From: Gemmatimonadota bacterium
GTDB lineage: Bacteria; Gemmatimonadota; Gemmatimonadetes; Gemmatimonadales; Gemmatimonadaceae
DNA: 64,000 nucleotides
Direction of reading: 5' to 3'
Assembly (NCBI GenBank): GCA_031372565.1
Contig: JANMLN010000057.1
Coordinates: 1-64,000 of the forward strand
Shown in pieces: positions 47,278 to 57,007 of this stretch. The notes under the pieces were generated by a model. That model saw only the letters and a list, made by a program, of their open reading frames with translations, searched no databases and had not been told where the DNA came from. Within the stretch, counting starts at the first letter, position 1. Each line of letters starts with the position of its first letter. The position numbers and the translations under genes were made by a program.

Positions 47278-48833
47278 GACGTCTCGTCGTGGTGGCGTCC
47301 CTCATCGCGGCCGTGTCGCTGGCGGCGACGCCGGCGCAGACACGGGCGCAGGCAGCGGCCGCCGCCGTTTCGTCCCGCGAGCCCTTCCGCCCCGGCTTCC
47401 ACTTCACGCCGGCTCGCAACTGGATGAACGACCCGAACGGCATGGTGTTCTACGACGGCGAGTGGCACCTGTTCTACCAGTACAACCCGTTCGGCGACAC
47501 GTGGGGCCACATGAGCTGGGGCCACGCGGTGAGCCGCGATCTCGTGCGGTGGGAGCATCTCCCCGTGGCGCTCGACGAGGCCGACAGGGTGATGATCTTC
47601 AGCGGCAGCGCGGTGATTGACTGGCGCAACACGAGTGGATTCGGCGTGGGGGGCAAGCCGCCGATGGTCGCGATCTACACCGGGCACCGCGAGGGGCACC
47701 AGGACCAGCGCATCGCGTACAGCAACGACCGCGGGCGCACCTGGACCAAGGCGCCGGGCGGTCCGGTGCTCGACCTGCAGATGGCCGACTTCCGCGATCC
47801 GAAGGTGTTCTGGCACGCGGCGACGGCGCGGTGGATCATGGCGGTGTCGATTCCCCTCGAGCACCGGCTGCACTTCTACGCGTCGAGCAACCTGAAGCAG
47901 TGGAGCAAGGTCGGTGAGTTCGGGCCGGCGGGGTCGGTGGATGGCATCTGGGAGTGTCCCGATCTCTTTCCGGTCCCCGTCGAGGGGGGCGGCACGAAGT
48001 GGGTGCTCATCGTGAACCTCAACCCGGGCGGGCCCGCAGGCGGCTCTGGGAGCCAGTACTTCGTGGGCGAGTTCGACGGCGCGCGCTTCGTGGCCGACAC
48101 CGCTGGCGGCCCGGGCCCGCACTGGGCCGACTTCGGCGCCGATTTCTACGCCGGCGTCTCGTGGAACGACGTGCCGGCCAAGGACGGCCGCCGCGTGTGG
48201 CTCGGGTGGATGAGCAACTGGAACTACGCGCAGGCGGTGCCCACGTCGCCGTGGCGGAGCGCGATGACCGTGCCGCGCGTGCTGACGCTGCGACGCACGA
48301 GCGACGGGTGGCGGCTCGTGCAGACGCCGGTGCGGGAGCTTGCATCGTTGCGCCGTGGCAGGCCGCGGGTCTTCGCCGGCGGCACCGTCGCGGACGCCAA
48401 TGCGTGGCTCGCGCGGCAGGGCGACCTGCCGGCGCTCCTCGATGTGGAGCTCACGTTCAGCGGAATGCGTGGCGCGTCCGCGTTCACGCTCGAGCTGTCC
48501 ATCGGCGGCGAAACTCGCACCACGCTGCAGGTGGATGCCGGACGAGCGCAACTCGTGCTCGACCGCTCGCGCTCGGGTCTGGTGGCGTTCCACAAGGACT
48601 TCTCGCTGCGCCACCCCGCGCCGCTGCGCCTCACCAATGGTGCCGTCCAACTGCGGCTGCTGCTCGATGCCTCCTCGCTCGAAGTCTTCGCGCAGCACGG
48701 GGAGACGGTGCTCACCGACCTGATCTTCCCGCCCGCCGGGGCGCGGCGGCTCTCGCTCACGTCGAGCGGCGATCCCCCGCGCGTGCAGGGCATCACGATC
48801 CGGCCCTTGGCGGCTGGCGCGACGGCGCGGTAG
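47274..48833 (+). CDS. GH32 beta-fructosidase/levanase, secreted
   Basis: Signal peptide; WMNDPNG, WGHAVS.DL, FSGS, FRDPKVFW, WECPDL, SSLEVF. Confidence 0.95.
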   Translation: MRRLVVVASLIAAVSLAATPAQTRAQAAAAAVSSREPFRPGFHFTPARNWMNDPNGMVFYDGEWHLFYQYNPFGDTWGHMSWGHAVSRDLVRWEHLPVALDEADRVMIFSGSAVIDWRNTSGFGVGGKPPMVAIYTGHREGHQDQRIAYSNDRGRTWTKAPGGPVLDLQMADFRDPKVFWHAATARWIMAVSIPLEHRLHFYASSNLKQWSKVGEFGPAGSVDGIWECPDLFPVPVEGGGTKWVLIVNLNPGGPAGGSGSQYFVGEFDGARFVADTAGGPGPHWADFGADFYAGVSWNDVPAKDGRRVWLGWMSNWNYAQAVPTSPWRSAMTVPRVLTLRRTSDGWRLVQTPVRELASLRRGRPRVFAGGTVADANAWLARQGDLPALLDVELTFSGMRGASAFTLELSIGGETRTTLQVDAGRAQLVLDRSRSGLVAFHKDFSLRHPAPLRLTNGAVQLRLLLDASSLEVFAQHGETVLTDLIFPPAGARRLSLTSSGDPPRVQGITIRPLAAGATAR

Positions 48834-49153
48834 GTCACCGCCCTGTGTGCCCGCAGCAGGTCCCGGCAGGCGATCGACGGACGGCCGCCCCCGCCTGCGG
48901 GTCGCCTCATGCCACGTCCACTCACCCACGCGTTGCTCCGCCTCGGACTCGCCTCCGCCGCAGCCGCATGGGCTGATCGCGCCAGCCCCTCGCTGCGCGC
49001 CCAAGCACACGACATACTTCCGATACCCCGCGTGAAGGTCCTGCCCCGTCACACGAGGGGCATCTGGTGAGGCGCCGCGCGAACGCCCGGTCGCCCGCGC
49101 CATGACGTAGCGTTCTCCTGTCCACGATGTTGTCGGCCGCCGACCCGCCCACC

Positions 49154-49819
49154 ATGCCTGTCGTTCTCACTGCGCGCGCCATTCTCTTCGACATGGACGG
49201 CACCATCGTGGACTCCAGCATCCCGATCCGCACATGCTGGGGACAATGGGCCGACCGTCATGGCCTCGACGTTCATGAGGTGCTGCACGTGGCGCACGGT
49301 CGACGCTCGCAGGACACGATCCGCCACCTGTTGGCGCACCGCGGTACGGACGTCGCGCGTGCCGAGACGGCGTGGCTCGACGACTGCGAGGTCCGCGAGG
49401 CGCACGCCACGCTCCCGTTGCCCGGAATCCGCGACGTCCTCGACGCCCTGCCGGTGGGTCGTTGGGGGATCGTGACATCGGCGGCGCTGGAAGTCTGCAA
49501 GCGCCGCCTCGAGGCGGCCGGACTTCCCCTCCCTGCGGTCATCGTCTCGGGAGAAGACGTCACGCTCGGCAAGCCCGCGCCGGACGGCTACCGACTCGGC
49601 GCCGCGCGACTGGGGTTTGCGCCGGCCGACTGTCTGGCGTGCGAGGACACGCCAACGGGCATCGCAGCGGGCCGCGACGCCGGCATGCGCATGGTCGGCC
49701 TTGTCACCACGAACACCGCCGATGCACTCGGCGGGTGCGAAGTGCTCTGCAGTGATTGGCTCGGCGTCCAGGTGACCACGACTCACGACGCCATCACCCT
49801 CACGTTCCCCACCCAATGA
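49154..49819 (+). CDS. HAD-family sugar phosphatase (YfbT-like)
   Basis: LFDMDGT, IVTSA, GKPAPDGY, EDTPTGI.AG. Confidence 0.88.
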   Translation: MPVVLTARAILFDMDGTIVDSSIPIRTCWGQWADRHGLDVHEVLHVAHGRRSQDTIRHLLAHRGTDVARAETAWLDDCEVREAHATLPLPGIRDVLDALPVGRWGIVTSAALEVCKRRLEAAGLPLPAVIVSGEDVTLGKPAPDGYRLGAARLGFAPADCLACEDTPTGIAAGRDAGMRMVGLVTTNTADALGGCEVLCSDWLGVQVTTTHDAITLTFPTQ

Positions 49820-51297
49820 ATCGTCGCGAGTTGCTCCGGCGCGCCGCGGCAGGCGCCGCCGCTCCGCTGCTGGGCGCCACCACGGCCGCACCTGCGGCTG
49901 CGGCTGTCAAGGCAGAAGCCGTCCCGACGCTCGGGCGCTTTCCCGCAAAGTTCAAATGGGGGGCCGCGACGGCGGCATATCAGGTGGAGGGAGCCGCCGA
50001 CGAGGACGGGCGCTCTCCCAGCATCTGGGACAGCTTCTCGCACACGCCCGGTCGCGTCCTCAACGGCGACACAGGCGATGTGGCGTGCGACCACTACCAC
50101 CGCGTCGCCGATGATGTTCGCCTCATGGCCGACCTCGGCGTGCGCCACTACCGCTTCTCGATCGCGTGGCCGCGCATCGTGCCGGGTGGTCGAGGTGCGG
50201 TGAACGAGCGAGGGGTGGATTTTTACAAGCGCCTCCTCGACGCGCTGCAGCAACATGGCATCACGCCACACGCCACCCTGTATCACTGGGACCTCCCGCA
50301 GGCGCTGCAGGACCGGTACCGCGGATGGCAATCTCGCGAGGTGGCGGACGATTTCGCGGCCTATGCGGACGTGGTCGCGCGGCGCCTGGGCGACCGGATC
50401 ACGAGCTGGATGACGATCAACGAGATCTCCACGATGGCATTCGTGGGGTATGGTGTCGGCAGCCCCGGGGCCCACGCGCCCGGGCTCGCGCTCGCGCGGC
50501 CGCGCGACCGATGGCAGGTGATCCATCACGCCCTGCTTGCCCACGGGCGCGCGGTGCAGGCGATCCGGGCCTCGGCTTCGCGGCGTCCGTCCGTGGCGGC
50601 CGCCGAGAACGTGAATCCTTTCGTGCCCGTCATCGAGACGCCTGAAGATCTGGCCGCAGCGCGGCTCGCCTTCGCGCGCAGCGACGCGAACGCGACGATC
50701 ACCATGCCGATGCTCACGGGCAAGTACGACGCGTGGTGGTGGGACCACCAGGGCGCCGAGGTACCCGAGGTGCGCGACGGCGACATGGCGACGATCCACC
50801 AACGGCTGGACTGGTTCGGCTTCAATTGCTACACCGGCGCCTACGTCCGCGCCGCCAACACGCCGGCCGGCTTCGAACTGCTCGACACCCCCGCCGGATA
50901 TCCCCGGATGGCGCTGCCGTGGTTGCAGATGGTCCCCGAGTCCATCTACTGGGGCATCCGCCACATCGGCGAGGTCACCGGCCAGCGCCGGTTGCCGATC
51001 GTGATCACCGAGAATGGGTGCGCGGACGCCGGTCCGATCGTCCGCGACAACGACGTGCAGGACGTGGACCGCGTCATGTACCTGCGTTCCTACCTGCGGC
51101 AGGTGCTGCGCGCCGTCGACGAGGGGCTGCCGGTCGTCGGCTACTTCCCCTGGAGCCTGATGGACAACTTCGAGTGGGCCGAAGGCTACACGAAGCGGTT
51201 CGGTCTCGTGCACGTGGACTATCCGACGCAGCGCCGCACGCCGAAGCTCAGCGCGCACTGGTTCCGCGAGGTGATCCGCACGGGCCGCGTGGTGTGA
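49816..51297 (+). CDS. GH1 beta-glucosidase with Tat signal
   Basis: MNRRELL leader; WGAATAAYQVEG, YRFSIAWPRI, TINE, ITENG, DNFEWAEGY. Confidence 0.94.
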   Translation: MNRRELLRRAAAGAAAPLLGATTAAPAAAAVKAEAVPTLGRFPAKFKWGAATAAYQVEGAADEDGRSPSIWDSFSHTPGRVLNGDTGDVACDHYHRVADDVRLMADLGVRHYRFSIAWPRIVPGGRGAVNERGVDFYKRLLDALQQHGITPHATLYHWDLPQALQDRYRGWQSREVADDFAAYADVVARRLGDRITSWMTINEISTMAFVGYGVGSPGAHAPGLALARPRDRWQVIHHALLAHGRAVQAIRASASRRPSVAAAENVNPFVPVIETPEDLAAARLAFARSDANATITMPMLTGKYDAWWWDHQGAEVPEVRDGDMATIHQRLDWFGFNCYTGAYVRAANTPAGFELLDTPAGYPRMALPWLQMVPESIYWGIRHIGEVTGQRRLPIVITENGCADAGPIVRDNDVQDVDRVMYLRSYLRQVLRAVDEGLPVVGYFPWSLMDNFEWAEGYTKRFGLVHVDYPTQRRTPKLSAHWFREVIRTGRVV

Positions 51298-52754
51298 GCG
51301 TGCGCTGGCTCGCGGCGCCGACGCTCCTGCTGGCGCTCGCCGTCGCGGGGCCGGGGACGCCTGCGGCGGCCTCGGGCCAGGCCGCGGTCGCCGCGTCGCA
51401 CGCGGCACCATTGCGCTGGTGGCGCACCACCGCCGATGCGATCGAGCGCGTGGCCGCGCGTACACCGCTGTTGCCCACGCGCGCGGCCACCGGCGACGTC
51501 GTCGTGCGCGTGGACCACGTCCGCCGCTACCAGACGATCACGGGCTTTGGCGCCGCGCTCACCGATGCCTCGACCATGCTGGTTGAAGCGCTGCCTGCCG
51601 CGCGGCGTGATTCGCTCTGGCGCGCACTCTTCGCGCGTGGCGACGGTGGGACGGGCCTCTCGGTGCTGCGCGTGCCGATCGGCGCATCGGATTTCTCGGT
51701 GCGACACTACTCGTACGACGACGTCCCACCGGGCGAGACGGATTCCACACTCGCGCATTTCTCCACGGCGGCGGAACCTGCGGCACGGATGCCGCTCCTG
51801 CGGGCCGCGAAGGCGCTCAACCCGGACCTGCGCGTCGTGCTCGCACCATGGAGCGCGCCCGCATGGATGAAGACGAGCGGCTCGCTCATCGGCGGCACGC
51901 TGAAGGACGACCAACTGGCCGCCTACGCCCGCTACCTCGTCGAGACCGTGCTCGCCTATCGCGCGGCGGGCGTGCCCGTCGCCGCGCTGTCGGTGCAGAA
52001 CGAGCCGGCGTTCACGCCGCCCGACTACCCGGGCATGCGCCTGACCGCCGCTCAGCGGGCCGCCCTCGTGGCGCAGCACCTCGGTCCGGCACTCGCGCGC
52101 GCCGCGTCCGGCGTGCAGTTGCTCGAGTGGGACCACAACTGGGACCAGCCCGGCGAACCGCTGGCCGTTCTGCAAGACCCGGCCGCGCGACGCTGGATCG
52201 CCGGCGTGGCGTGGCACTGCTACGCCGGCGACGTGACCGCGCAGGACTCGGTGCATCGCGCCTTCCCTCGGGTCGCCACCTGGTTCACCGAATGCGCTGG
52301 GGGCCGCTGGGCACCCGAGTTCGCTGGCAACTTGCGCTGGAATGTGGCCACGCTGGTCGTCGGAGCGCTGCGGCATTGGGCCACCGCTGTGGTGTGGTGG
52401 AACCTCGCACTCGACGCCGACGGCGGGCCGCACCTCGGCGGCTGCGGCAACTGTCGCGGCGTTCTCGCCGTGGACACGCTGACCGGCATCGTCACGCCCA
52501 ATGTCGAGTACGACGTGCTGGCGCACGCGAGCCGCGTCCTGCGCCCGGGCTCCGTGCGCGTCGCGTCCGATGACCGGCCCGGCGGGATCCGCAGCGTGGC
52601 GGTCGTCCACGCCGATGGCGGCCGCGGCATCGTGCTCCTCAACGAGGGCACGACCGAGGTTATCGTCGCGCTCCGCGAGGGCTCGCGCACCTGGCGTCTG
52701 GTCCTGCCAGCCGGGGCCGTGGTGTCGGCGATGTGGGGACCGCCGCGCGACTGA
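51294..52754 (+). CDS. GH30 glycoside hydrolase (glucosylceramidase/beta-1,6-glucanase-like), secreted
   Basis: YQTITGFGAALTD, RVPIGASDFS, WSAPAWMK, VQNEP, WDHNWD, WFTEC. Confidence 0.9.
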   Translation: MSVRWLAAPTLLLALAVAGPGTPAAASGQAAVAASHAAPLRWWRTTADAIERVAARTPLLPTRAATGDVVVRVDHVRRYQTITGFGAALTDASTMLVEALPAARRDSLWRALFARGDGGTGLSVLRVPIGASDFSVRHYSYDDVPPGETDSTLAHFSTAAEPAARMPLLRAAKALNPDLRVVLAPWSAPAWMKTSGSLIGGTLKDDQLAAYARYLVETVLAYRAAGVPVAALSVQNEPAFTPPDYPGMRLTAAQRAALVAQHLGPALARAASGVQLLEWDHNWDQPGEPLAVLQDPAARRWIAGVAWHCYAGDVTAQDSVHRAFPRVATWFTECAGGRWAPEFAGNLRWNVATLVVGALRHWATAVVWWNLALDADGGPHLGGCGNCRGVLAVDTLTGIVTPNVEYDVLAHASRVLRPGSVRVASDDRPGGIRSVAVVHADGGRGIVLLNEGTTEVIVALREGSRTWRLVLPAGAVVSAMWGPPRD

Positions 52755-52837
52755 CGTATGAGACTGCGGAGCGCGTTCGCAACGTGCGACGCTGGCGTGC
52801 CGAAACAGCCGCGCGCCGCTCGGGCGCGGCGACCGCC

Positions 52838-53983
52838 CTACCAGCGCGTCGTCGCCGGCTGGAACGTGCGCCAGCTGTGCCAGTATTCCTGACTCGCGAG
52901 CAGGCGCGGAAGTTCACCCGACGGGCCACGACCATGCAGCGCGTAGGCGTGCCCGTCGCCGTCCATGAGCGAATCGCCACGCCACGCGTAGCGCAGCTCG
53001 GATGATGGTCGGCGAAACGCCGCGAAGCTGGCCGTATCGCGTCCCAGCGCGAGAAGCAGCGGCACGCCCCCGAGCGTGTCGAGCACGAGCCGCTCGCGCT
53101 TGAGCCGATTCCAGTCATACGCGCGGCTTGCGCCGCCTGCCGAGATGCCCACCACCCAGGACTTGTCCTGCCACGACGCCGTGTCGGTGCCGGTGAGTCG
53201 GCTGCGACTCGCGCCGATCTCCATCGAGTCGCTCTTCGGATAGCGCGCAAGAGCGGCCGTGTCGGCCTGCATGATGCGGCTCTCTGGGTAGAGGCTCAGC
53301 CACTGCCGCAGTGTCACCTGCATGCTGGGGACCTCGCGCATGACCTGACCGAGCCGAGGACCGGCCACCGCCTCGCCGTTCGCCTGCCGCCACCAGCTGC
53401 CGGTGGTGCGATCCTCGAGCATCGCGTTGAAGTGATCCATGCCCACCAGGCGGAACGTCTCGGCGCGCCCGTCGAGCACCGGCGAGAAGACGCGCCCGGT
53501 GCGGCAGACCGTGCAGTAGGACACCAGCACCGGCTGCCCCCCGACGGAGTCGGGCACCTGATGGTGATAGCCGATGAACTTGAGCGGATACGCCTTGGCC
53601 TCGCCGTTGATCGCGACGCCCACGACGAGGCGTTCGAGCGCCACCGTGTTGCGCTCCGGCGTGGCCATCACGAGGTGCTGCGGCACGAGGAACATGTGGT
53701 CGGCGGACATCCGCATGTTCACCGTCCACGCCACGCAGGCCGCGACCACGGCTCCCACCAGCGCGAGCCACCGTTGACGCGGCGCGACGCTGACGAGGGC
53801 TGGGAGACCGGCGAGCGCTACCAGAGCAAGCGCACCGCGCACCCACCACCGCCACTGGTAGACGGCGTACGCGAACTCGAGGCTTCGCATGCGCTGGCTG
53901 CCGGGCATGGGCATGATGAAATACACGTTCGCGAATTCGAACAGCACGAACGCGACACACGCTGCGAGGAACAGCTTCTTCAC
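52838..53983 (-). CDS. DUF3179-like CxxC protein with N-terminal membrane helices
   Basis: GTG overlapping the trehalase stop; AKAYP...YHH.V.D..GG.PVLVSYCTVCRTG, D..TGSWW.Q..GEA..GP, YWHSW..F.P.T. Confidence 0.78.
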   Translation of the reverse strand: MKKLFLAACVAFVLFEFANVYFIMPMPGSQRMRSLEFAYAVYQWRWWVRGALALVALAGLPALVSVAPRQRWLALVGAVVAACVAWTVNMRMSADHMFLVPQHLVMATPERNTVALERLVVGVAINGEAKAYPLKFIGYHHQVPDSVGGQPVLVSYCTVCRTGRVFSPVLDGRAETFRLVGMDHFNAMLEDRTTGSWWRQANGEAVAGPRLGQVMREVPSMQVTLRQWLSLYPESRIMQADTAALARYPKSDSMEIGASRSRLTGTDTASWQDKSWVVGISAGGASRAYDWNRLKRERLVLDTLGGVPLLLALGRDTASFAAFRRPSSELRYAWRGDSLMDGDGHAYALHGRGPSGELPRLLASQEYWHSWRTFQPATTRW

Positions 53984-55626
53984 GGCACGGCTCGCTGTCG
54001 CATGAACGTGAGCGTCACGCCATTGGTCCACCCGAATCCGTCCTGACCAGGATACTCCCCACCGCCGCCGGGGCGGCTCGCATCGATCATGTCGTACTTC
54101 TCCGTCAGCTTGCCCGTTGCGGCATACACCCGTTGTGCCGCCGCCAACCACCGCTCTCGCCCCGCGTCGGCGACATCCCCGCGCCCGTAACGCCGTGCGC
54201 CCTCGGCCGCGAGCCACTGCAGCGGCGCCCACCCGTTGGGTGCATCCCACTGCTGACCGCTCGTGATCGTCGTCGTCACGAAGCCGCCCGCGCGCAGGAA
54301 GTCGCGCGCGATGCGGTCCGCCACGCGCGCACCTTGTGCAGGCGTCGCGATATCGAAGTACAGCGCGCTCGCGGCCGCGAGCGTGGGGCGGTCGGTCACC
54401 CGCTCCCGCGAGCGCCAGCGCACGTCGTAGTAGAAGCCGGAGGCGTCATCCCACATGAGCGCGCGCATCGCGGCGCGCCGCGCCTCGGCGCGCGCGTCGT
54501 ACCCCCGCGCGACCTCCGCGTCGCCATTCGCACCGCGTGCACGACGCAGGGCCGCGATCGTCCGCTCGGTGTTGTACAGCAGCGCGTTCAGGTCCACCGG
54601 AACCAGCGCCGTGGTCTCGAGCGTGCGCAGGTCGGACGGGTCGCGCATCCAGCGGCTGGAGAAGTCCCACCCGCTCTCGGCGGCCGCGCGCAGCTCGCGC
54701 CACAGCGCCGGGCGATCCGCGCTCGGGAGCGACGCAGCCGTGACGACGTCCTCGCGGTACGACTCGGGACGGGGATCCTCCCGATCGTCCCAGTAGCGAT
54801 TGAGCACCCCGCCATCGGCGAGGCGCACGACACGGCGCACGGCCGTGCCCGGCGCAGCATCGCGCTCGCCGGCCATCCAGAACGCGTGCTCTGCCTCGAT
54901 CGCGCTCAGGAACGCCAACGCCTGCGTCGTGTCCGCGGCCCGCGCGTAGAGACCCACCATCGCCGCGAAGTACGGCGGCTGGCTGCGGCTGAGGTAGTAC
55001 GACCGGTTGCCGTTGGGGATGTGCCCGTGCGTGCGGACGAGGTGGGCAAAGTTCTCGAGCATTCCACGAATGGTCGCGGTACGTCCACTGGCCGCGAGGC
55101 CGAGCATGGTGAAGTACGAATCCCAGTAGTAGACCTCGCGGAACCGCCCGCCCGGAACCACATACGGCTGCGGCAGCGGCAGGCGCGACGACCACCGCTG
55201 CGGTGCGTCTGCAGGCCGAGTCAGTGCGCTCCACAGTTCATCGATGTGCCGCTCAAGTGGGGACGCGTTGTAAGCCGGCGCGGGAAGCACTGGCGCAGCG
55301 GGAAGCTCGAAATGCGTCGCGACGAATGCGGGCAGGTTCACCGGCCCCGCCCGGCGCGCACTCTCGTACGCAGCGCGCACGGCCGGGGCGCCGTCGCGCG
55401 GGATGGCATCGGCGAATGTCTTCGAGTCTGGAAAGACGCGCGCCAACTGCACGTCGGCAAAGAGCGACCCCAGGTCGCGCGACGGGTCGTACATCGTCGA
55501 TCCGGCCTCGGACGCGATCGTGGACGCCACCGTGCTCTTCGTCTCTGTCGGGCGGCATCCGGCAACGGCCAACGCAGCCACCACGGCCAGCGCCACAGAG
55601 CGGCGCTCCAACGCCTGTCGACGCAT
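53980..55626 (-). CDS. treA: Alpha,alpha-trehalase (GH37), lipoprotein
   Basis: Lipobox VAGC; DSKTFAD, PGGRFREVYYWDSY, NGNRSYYLSRSQPP, AAAESGWDFSSRW, QQWDAPNGWAP, GFGWTNG. Confidence 0.93.
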   Translation of the reverse strand: MRRQALERRSVALAVVAALAVAGCRPTETKSTVASTIASEAGSTMYDPSRDLGSLFADVQLARVFPDSKTFADAIPRDGAPAVRAAYESARRAGPVNLPAFVATHFELPAAPVLPAPAYNASPLERHIDELWSALTRPADAPQRWSSRLPLPQPYVVPGGRFREVYYWDSYFTMLGLAASGRTATIRGMLENFAHLVRTHGHIPNGNRSYYLSRSQPPYFAAMVGLYARAADTTQALAFLSAIEAEHAFWMAGERDAAPGTAVRRVVRLADGGVLNRYWDDREDPRPESYREDVVTAASLPSADRPALWRELRAAAESGWDFSSRWMRDPSDLRTLETTALVPVDLNALLYNTERTIAALRRARGANGDAEVARGYDARAEARRAAMRALMWDDASGFYYDVRWRSRERVTDRPTLAAASALYFDIATPAQGARVADRIARDFLRAGGFVTTTITSGQQWDAPNGWAPLQWLAAEGARRYGRGDVADAGRERWLAAAQRVYAATGKLTEKYDMIDASRPGGGGEYPGQDGFGWTNGVTLTFMRQRAVP

Positions 55627-56984
55627 CAGTGCACCGGCGCCGGCGTCGGTACCGCCGAGCCGGCGGCGCGCGACGTTCGAACAAACAGCGCCGCCACCGC
55701 GGCACAGAGCAGCAGCCCGCCGGCCAGACGCACCACGTTGCGCGGATCGCCCGCGAGCAGGCTGTGGTAATACAGCGGGAGCGTCAGGATCTGGATCATC
55801 ATCGGGATGACGATGAACATGTTGAAGATCCCCATGTAGACCCCCGTCCGCTCTGGTGGGATGCTGCCCGCGAGCATGATGTACGGGTTGCCCATGATGC
55901 TCGCCCAGCACAGCCCGATGCCGATCATCGGCACGAAGAGCAGGGCACGGTCGGTAATGGACGGAATCCACAACATGGCGAGTCCCGCGAGCGTCAGGCA
56001 GAGCGCGTGTACCACCTTCGGTCCGAGCCGCCGCGCAAAAGGTACCATCGCGAACGCCGCCACGAACGCGATTGCGTTGTAGAAACCGCCGATCTGTCCG
56101 TTCACCAGCACCGCCTCCCGGAATCCGTTCGAGGTCGCGTCGCGCGTGTCGAAGAGCGTGACCCCCAGCGACAGCACGATGTACTGCCAATAGCAGAACA
56201 TGGCGTACCACTGGAAGAGCTTCATCACGGCGAGTTGCCGCATGGTCAGGGGCATGTCCCGCACCGCTTCGACAATCTCGGTCAGGATGGCGCCCGGCCC
56301 CCGCGCCTGCGCCTGGAGGCGCGCACGCTCCTCTGGCGAGAGCGGCAACTCCGGCGTCGTCCGCACGGTAATCAGCACGCTCGCGATCGAACACACGGCC
56401 CCGACGAGGAAGGCGATCATCGTGATGAGCGGAATCCCCCGTCCCGTCAGGGCATCGCGGTTCATCCCGAGGAACACGAGCAGGCTTGGCGTCAGGTACG
56501 ACAGCGTCTGTCCGAGCCCGGTGAACGCGCTCTGCGTCAGGAAGCCGATCGAGTGTTGCGTCGCGTCCAGTCGATCGGTGACGAACGCGCGGTACGGCTC
56601 CATCGTCACGTTGTTGGCCGCATCGAGAATCCACAGCAGCCCCGCGGCCATCCAGAGCGATCGGCTGAACGGCATCGCCAGAAGGCTCAACGAACAGATC
56701 CATGCCCCCACGAGGAAGTACGGCGTTCGGCGACCGCGCGGGCTGTCGGTCCGGTCGCTCATGGCGCCGATGATCGGCTGCACGATCAATCCGGTCACGG
56801 GCCCGGCCAGCCACAGCAGCGGGAGCGACACCTCATCGGCGCCCAGGATCCGGTAAATCGGGCTCATGTTGCTCTGCTGCAGCCCGAAGCTGTACTGGAT
56901 TCCGAAGAACCCGACGTTCATGTTCAGGATCTGGCTGAACGTCAGGTGTGGCCGAACCGCCGTGGGAGCCAAGGGGCTTGTCAT
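55626..56984 (-). CDS. MFS/GPH disaccharide (maltose/sucrose/trehalose-type) transporter
   Basis: [59 protein letters not shown]. Confidence 0.9.
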   Translation of the reverse strand: MTSPLAPTAVRPHLTFSQILNMNVGFFGIQYSFGLQQSNMSPIYRILGADEVSLPLLWLAGPVTGLIVQPIIGAMSDRTDSPRGRRTPYFLVGAWICSLSLLAMPFSRSLWMAAGLLWILDAANNVTMEPYRAFVTDRLDATQHSIGFLTQSAFTGLGQTLSYLTPSLLVFLGMNRDALTGRGIPLITMIAFLVGAVCSIASVLITVRTTPELPLSPEERARLQAQARGPGAILTEIVEAVRDMPLTMRQLAVMKLFQWYAMFCYWQYIVLSLGVTLFDTRDATSNGFREAVLVNGQIGGFYNAIAFVAAFAMVPFARRLGPKVVHALCLTLAGLAMLWIPSITDRALLFVPMIGIGLCWASIMGNPYIMLAGSIPPERTGVYMGIFNMFIVIPMMIQILTLPLYYHSLLAGDPRNVVRLAGGLLLCAAVAALFVRTSRAAGSAVPTPAPVH

Positions 56985-57007
56985 GGCACAAATCTCCCCA
57001 AGGGACC

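Noticed and set aside
48834..49153. Possible ncRNA or riboswitch in the ~320-bp gap before the HAD gene
   Set aside because: Only short GC hairpins; no recognisable conserved RNA motif. An Rfam search would be needed.
53504..53515. Selenocysteine in the DUF3179 CxxC motif
   Set aside because: Both positions are TGC (Cys); there is no in-frame TGA.
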